A stretch of 64,000 nt of DNA from Cyanophora paradoxa CCMP329. Its lineage: Eukaryota; Plantae; Glaucophyta. How positions within the stretch are numbered: position 1 is the stretch's first letter; every line of letters begins with the position of its first letter. Both the position numbers and the translations under genes were made by a program. The stretch is from the NCBI GenBank assembly GCA_004431415.1, contig QPMI01000562.1, positions 85,462 through 149,461 on the forward strand. The letters run 5' to 3'. This document shows, in pieces, positions 60,084 through 64,000 of the stretch. The notes under the pieces are model-generated. The model was given only the letters and a program-made list of their open reading frames with translations. It had not been told where the DNA came from and searched no databases.

Positions 60084-61048
60084 ACCTGGTGCACCAAAGC
60101 TGAAGTAGAAAAGGGAGTTGCCCCAACAGTATATAAAAGACGAGTTTGGCTTTAATTATCTCTGTTTTATTAGAGATATGGACATAATACGAAAGTTCTT
60201 CGAGATGTTCAGTCTGCATGTGGTGAGCAATTGCCACAGTGGATGTTGTGAGACAACAGTGGAGTTTGAGATGTCAGATAATGAGGATAATGCCTCAGAA
60301 GCAAGAGAGAGAAGAGATCAACAGTTTCTGTGGAGTCAATGCCAGCAGACCCCACAGAGTATACATATGAGCAACAGGAGTATCCAAGGAGAAGTTCTTT
60401 GCCAGGCGAAAACGTTTTCTCAGCAAATATTAATGGAGGATACAATTAGTTTGATCGAGTTTACCAGTGATGAGCCTTTAACTGAGGGTGCTATTAGACA
60501 CATTCTAGCAAAGCAGAAACGATATAGAGAGGACCCAGAATATAGAGAGTATAAAAGCAGCAAGCCTGGCATCTATTATCGCAGAAAGCCCAAAAAGAGG
60601 AGCAGAGACCCAGAGGAAGACCGATTAAATATTATTTGCCAACTGAAAGTAGCAATGGAACCCAGGTCTATAAGAAAATTGAGAAAAAGCGGTCTCAGTA
60701 TGCTACTGAGGCAGCTATAAAAATATATACAAAGGAATTGGCTTTATACTTGCAATCAAGTCACAGATAACTTTTGTAAATATGCTTTTGTTGTTTTTTG
60801 TTTGCATTCTCAGACACTGAAACAGTAATGTGAATGTTTACTGATCTATTTCTCTTTGGTTTAGCTGCATACATATTGTAACCTATCAATCTGTGACATT
60901 TCGATATATGCTCCAATATCTCCATGCTTTATGCATTTATCTAACTCAGTCATGGTCATCTCATCAAGAGTCTTTGCCATTTTGTCTTCACTATACACAA
61001 TCAAGTAAGCCTTAAGTATTCTTGTCAAATTTTGGTCTTTTCCGATAG

Positions 61049-61150
61049 GTGTGACAGGTGTGACAGGTGTGACAGGTCTATCCCATCGATTTTGAAAATC
61101 AACTTTTCACCAGGGCTTTCCTTGGGATGGACCTGTCACACCTGTCACAC
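61049..61150. repeat. Palindromic GTGTGACAG iteron unit downstream of the primase-helicase
   Basis: Three direct and two inverted 9-mers, followed by the same aaaccattttcagtaag tail as the 44-kb copies. Confidence 0.9.
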
Positions 61151-61209
61151 AAACCATTTTCAGTAAGGCTATAAAAATACATATAAATCTCAATCATCAA
61201 TCGTTTTGT

Positions 61210-63489
61210 TTAATATTCGGCATCATCTTCATTGTCTTCCTGAACCTTGTTATCTTTCGAATCCCAATATATCCTCTGGCAAGAATACCATTAACTCGTT
61301 TTCTTTCTGATTTAACATTGAAGATCTCCTTACTCTTTTCATAACAGATACACATTCAACTTTATCATCAACACTTTTGTATGATTTGTAAATGATATCA
61401 CTGGAAACAAAGTCGTTAGCATTATGTGTAACCTCGAAATTATCTCGAAGCCATTCACCAATCTTATCATTTTCAGCTATAAAGTTAATTCCCTGTTCAA
61501 TAATCGATTGAGGGGGACTTCTTAAGATCTCTTCAACCTCTTTGTTCTTCCACATATCAGTAATATCTTCATGTGAGCCATCTTATACTCATCATCATTG
61601 TGTAGAAGTGTGAACAGAGTTGGGTCAGCTTTCTTTTGACCAGCTTCTGGCTTCTCTCTGAATATATTATTGAATCTCTGATAGGAAAGTCTTCTTTGAA
61701 TTGCAAAGTCTGGTTTATTTATAGTCAAATTGTCATTAGTTGTAATGTAGACTGAAACATTGGGGTAAGGTAACTGGGTCTTTGAACAGGCTCTCACAGT
61801 CATTTCATTTCCACCTGTGACCTCCTAATCTTGGAGATCTGCAGTTTATCACCATCTTCAGCCTCATTACTGAATACAAGTCGCTTTCCAAGAAGTTGGC
61901 AAGTTCAGGAGTAGCCTCTGATGAGTTCTTTTTAGGCTTAGTCAATAGGATATTTCGAGAGGGCTGTAATAGCGACCAGATATCTGTTTGCAGTATTCCT
62001 GAACAAGTGATTTACCATTAGCACCAGCACCAGTCCACATATAGAACTTCTGGGATTTAGTTGATCCACTAAGGGCAATTGCAATGGATGCCAGAAGATA
62101 CTTTCGCTCTGCTGGATCATCCACAATCTTTTTAAATCTGATTGAGATGCTCTATTTCTTGGGGTCTACATTTCAGTATAGTCATAACCACAGTCTTGCT
62201 CACCATATTTCCAGTTTACCTTTCTGAAAGTCATAGTTGTCAGATCAAATACACCATTTTCGAATCCAATCACATATGGTACAGTGTCAATCTTCTCAAA
62301 GAATTCATCATCATTCAGCAGTGGGACAAGTCAGTCAGAAGGGATTTGCGAAATCCTGATTGTTTAAGATTTTTGGCATGGTCATCAATGTTTTGGATCT
62401 TTCTTCGAAGCTGCTTTGTTTCCTCATCCTTTAAAGCTCTTGACTATAATGCACAGCCTTCCAAGGTATTGGGGACAACAAGACGGCTTATATCTAGGTA
62501 AATCTTTAGGTTTGTGTCATCAAGCTCCCAAATCCAGTATCAGTATTGAGTTTGAACCATGACTTTTTGGAGTATCTCCATGTATGTTTAAGAACCTCTT
62601 TGCATACTAAACTCACATCATAATGAGCGCCACCAGAACCAGCGGATTTATCTATAAGATTAAAGATATCAGATTGCATTCCAATGCAGATGAATCGTTT
62701 TTTGCAATTTCCACTGTAGCTTGACACAATGTATTTGTTATCATCTCCTTTAGCTTTCATAACATACCAGTTATTCGATTCATGTGAACCATTGCAGCAT
62801 GGGCAATTGAGTCCCTTGTTAGCAGCATCAAAGTTAAGCCAAGTTCAGTTTTAGAGATTATATTGGGATGCATAAATCCATATCACCAGCTCTTTGATAA
62901 TATTGTTTTCAAGTTCATCATATGAGGTAGCATTAGCAGTATACTCACTCTTATAGATGTAGTTATCTATAATCACTTTTTGAAGTCATCAGTAGGCTCA
63001 TTGAAATCACAGGTATCATCCATGGGGAGATCACCCAGCCTGTTGACACTGGGAACACATGATCAATCCAGAGTTCAGTTCCAGTGGATTGTTTTCAGGT
63101 CAACCTTTTCAAAGCCTTTAAAGCTGGAGCTTATCGTGATTTTGAGTTTAGTGAAGCTCCTCAGGTCGTTAAAGTAGACATGATAGCCTTTTTAGTTTTT
63201 GCAATGGCTGATTGGCATCAAAGTCATCAGGAACATATCCCGGAATTTCTCAAAGTTCTCCTCATATCAAAGTCAATAACCTCATGTTGTCTGAGAGCAG
63301 AATGCCCAGTACATACTGATTAGTTGCAGCGGCTTCTCATACTTTTCCCAGGACAAGCACGCCCTTATGCTTGAAAACAGGGTCTTGTGCTGTCAGGTTT
63401 CATGGATAAATCATGTTTTTGGCTAGATCCTCATCAGATCTGAGCCAGTTAGCGAGCGATTGGAGCGATTTAGTCTGTTTGGCGTTCAT
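61210..63489 (-). CDS. D5-like primase / SF3 helicase (multiple frameshifts)
   Basis: FYMWTGAGANGKS (Walker A), GKRLVFSNE (Walker B), VTGGNEMTVR, ITTND..AIQRR; N-terminal VIDFD. Confidence 0.88.
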
Positions 63490-63693
63490 TTTCAGCGATT
63501 GGGGGTCTGTTTATATATATAGGGAAGATTTTTCTTTAGTAGTTTTGGGTCCCCAATCATTTTTGTTGGAAGCGAGAAAGTATCCTACGAAATATTTCCA
63601 CACGACTTATCGAGTGGTTTAGATACAAAGGATGAATGGGTATTTCAGCGAATAAACAGCATATCCCAGCTAGTAATATGCTGGGAAAATAAT

Positions 63694-63945
63694 TTAGACA
63701 TGTTTCAATTTTCTCCCTCGTTTGAGTAAGGGACATCATATAAATATTGACAAAGCAGACTGCATTGGCTGCATACTTTCGCTGACATGAACTGCTATTT
63801 TCATGGCTCTATAGGTATCATCGGTTTGATATAGATCTCTAGCTGTGTGGCTATTTTTTCGTTAAACTTTTTTGATTTGAGCCTTACCTTTTTCAGTTTG
63901 CTGGTATCTCTTCATAGCTCTCTTCTGGGCTTCACTGAGTGGCAT
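63694..63945 (-). CDS. Small basic hypothetical protein, homologous to 34481-34737
   Basis: MPLSEAQKRAMKRYQQTEKG..RDLYQTDDTYRAMKI..NAVCFV. Confidence 0.7.
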
Positions 63946-64000
63946 TTTTCCTCTGTCTCTCTTAATATATATAGAGAATTCTTTAAATCATTTTTTGTTG

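Larger units (their letters stand above)
43410..64000. mobile_element. PLV-2: second endogenous Polinton-like virus (>20.5 kb; right end outside window)
   Basis: Abrupt AT-rich shift beginning AGTAGCAG. MCP, two pentons, A32 ATPase and D5 primase-helicase. Left boundary inferred; TIR and TSD cannot be verified here. Confidence 0.88.

Noticed and set aside
29236-63945. Programmed frameshifting or wholesale pseudogenisation of viral genes
   Set aside because: Breaks are mostly single-base indels, often at homopolymers. B repeat copies show similar indels, so long-read consensus error is at least as likely. Raw reads are needed to decide.
28739-64000. Classification as mavirus-like virophages or canonical Mavericks
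   Set aside because: MCPs are ~400-450 aa and no cysteine protease motif was seen. Polinton-like virus is the safer call pending HMM search and phylogeny.

Overview
GC-rich eukaryotic (probably protist) DNA in which one intron-containing host gene (WD40 repeats, Ig/PKD-like ectodomain, multi-TM C-terminus) carries three large insertions in its exons, with a fourth just after its stop codon. (1) 896-13217 (+): tyrosine-recombinase retrotransposon (DIRS order, split direct repeats A1..B1-A2-spacer-B2) with ORF1, RT-RNaseH and YR. (2) 16528-28105 (-): non-autonomous partner with nearly the same A/B ends, but ~9 kb of 160-bp and 139-bp tandem arrays in place of the genes. (3) 28739-40200: complete 11.5-kb AT-rich endogenous Polinton-like virus (404-bp TIRs, AG..CT ends, 5-bp TSD) with rve integrase, PolB-SF1 helicase-HNH fusion, penton, MCP and A32 ATPase. 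(4) ~43410 to beyond 64000: a larger related Polinton-like virus with an AdoMetDC-like gene, fibre genes, patatin-discoidin, two pentons, MCP, ATPase and D5 primase-helicase. Removing elements 1-3 in silico restores the host reading frame at all three junctions. Many element genes carry single-base frameshifts that may be assembly errors. All product calls come from motif recognition by eye; no database search was run.
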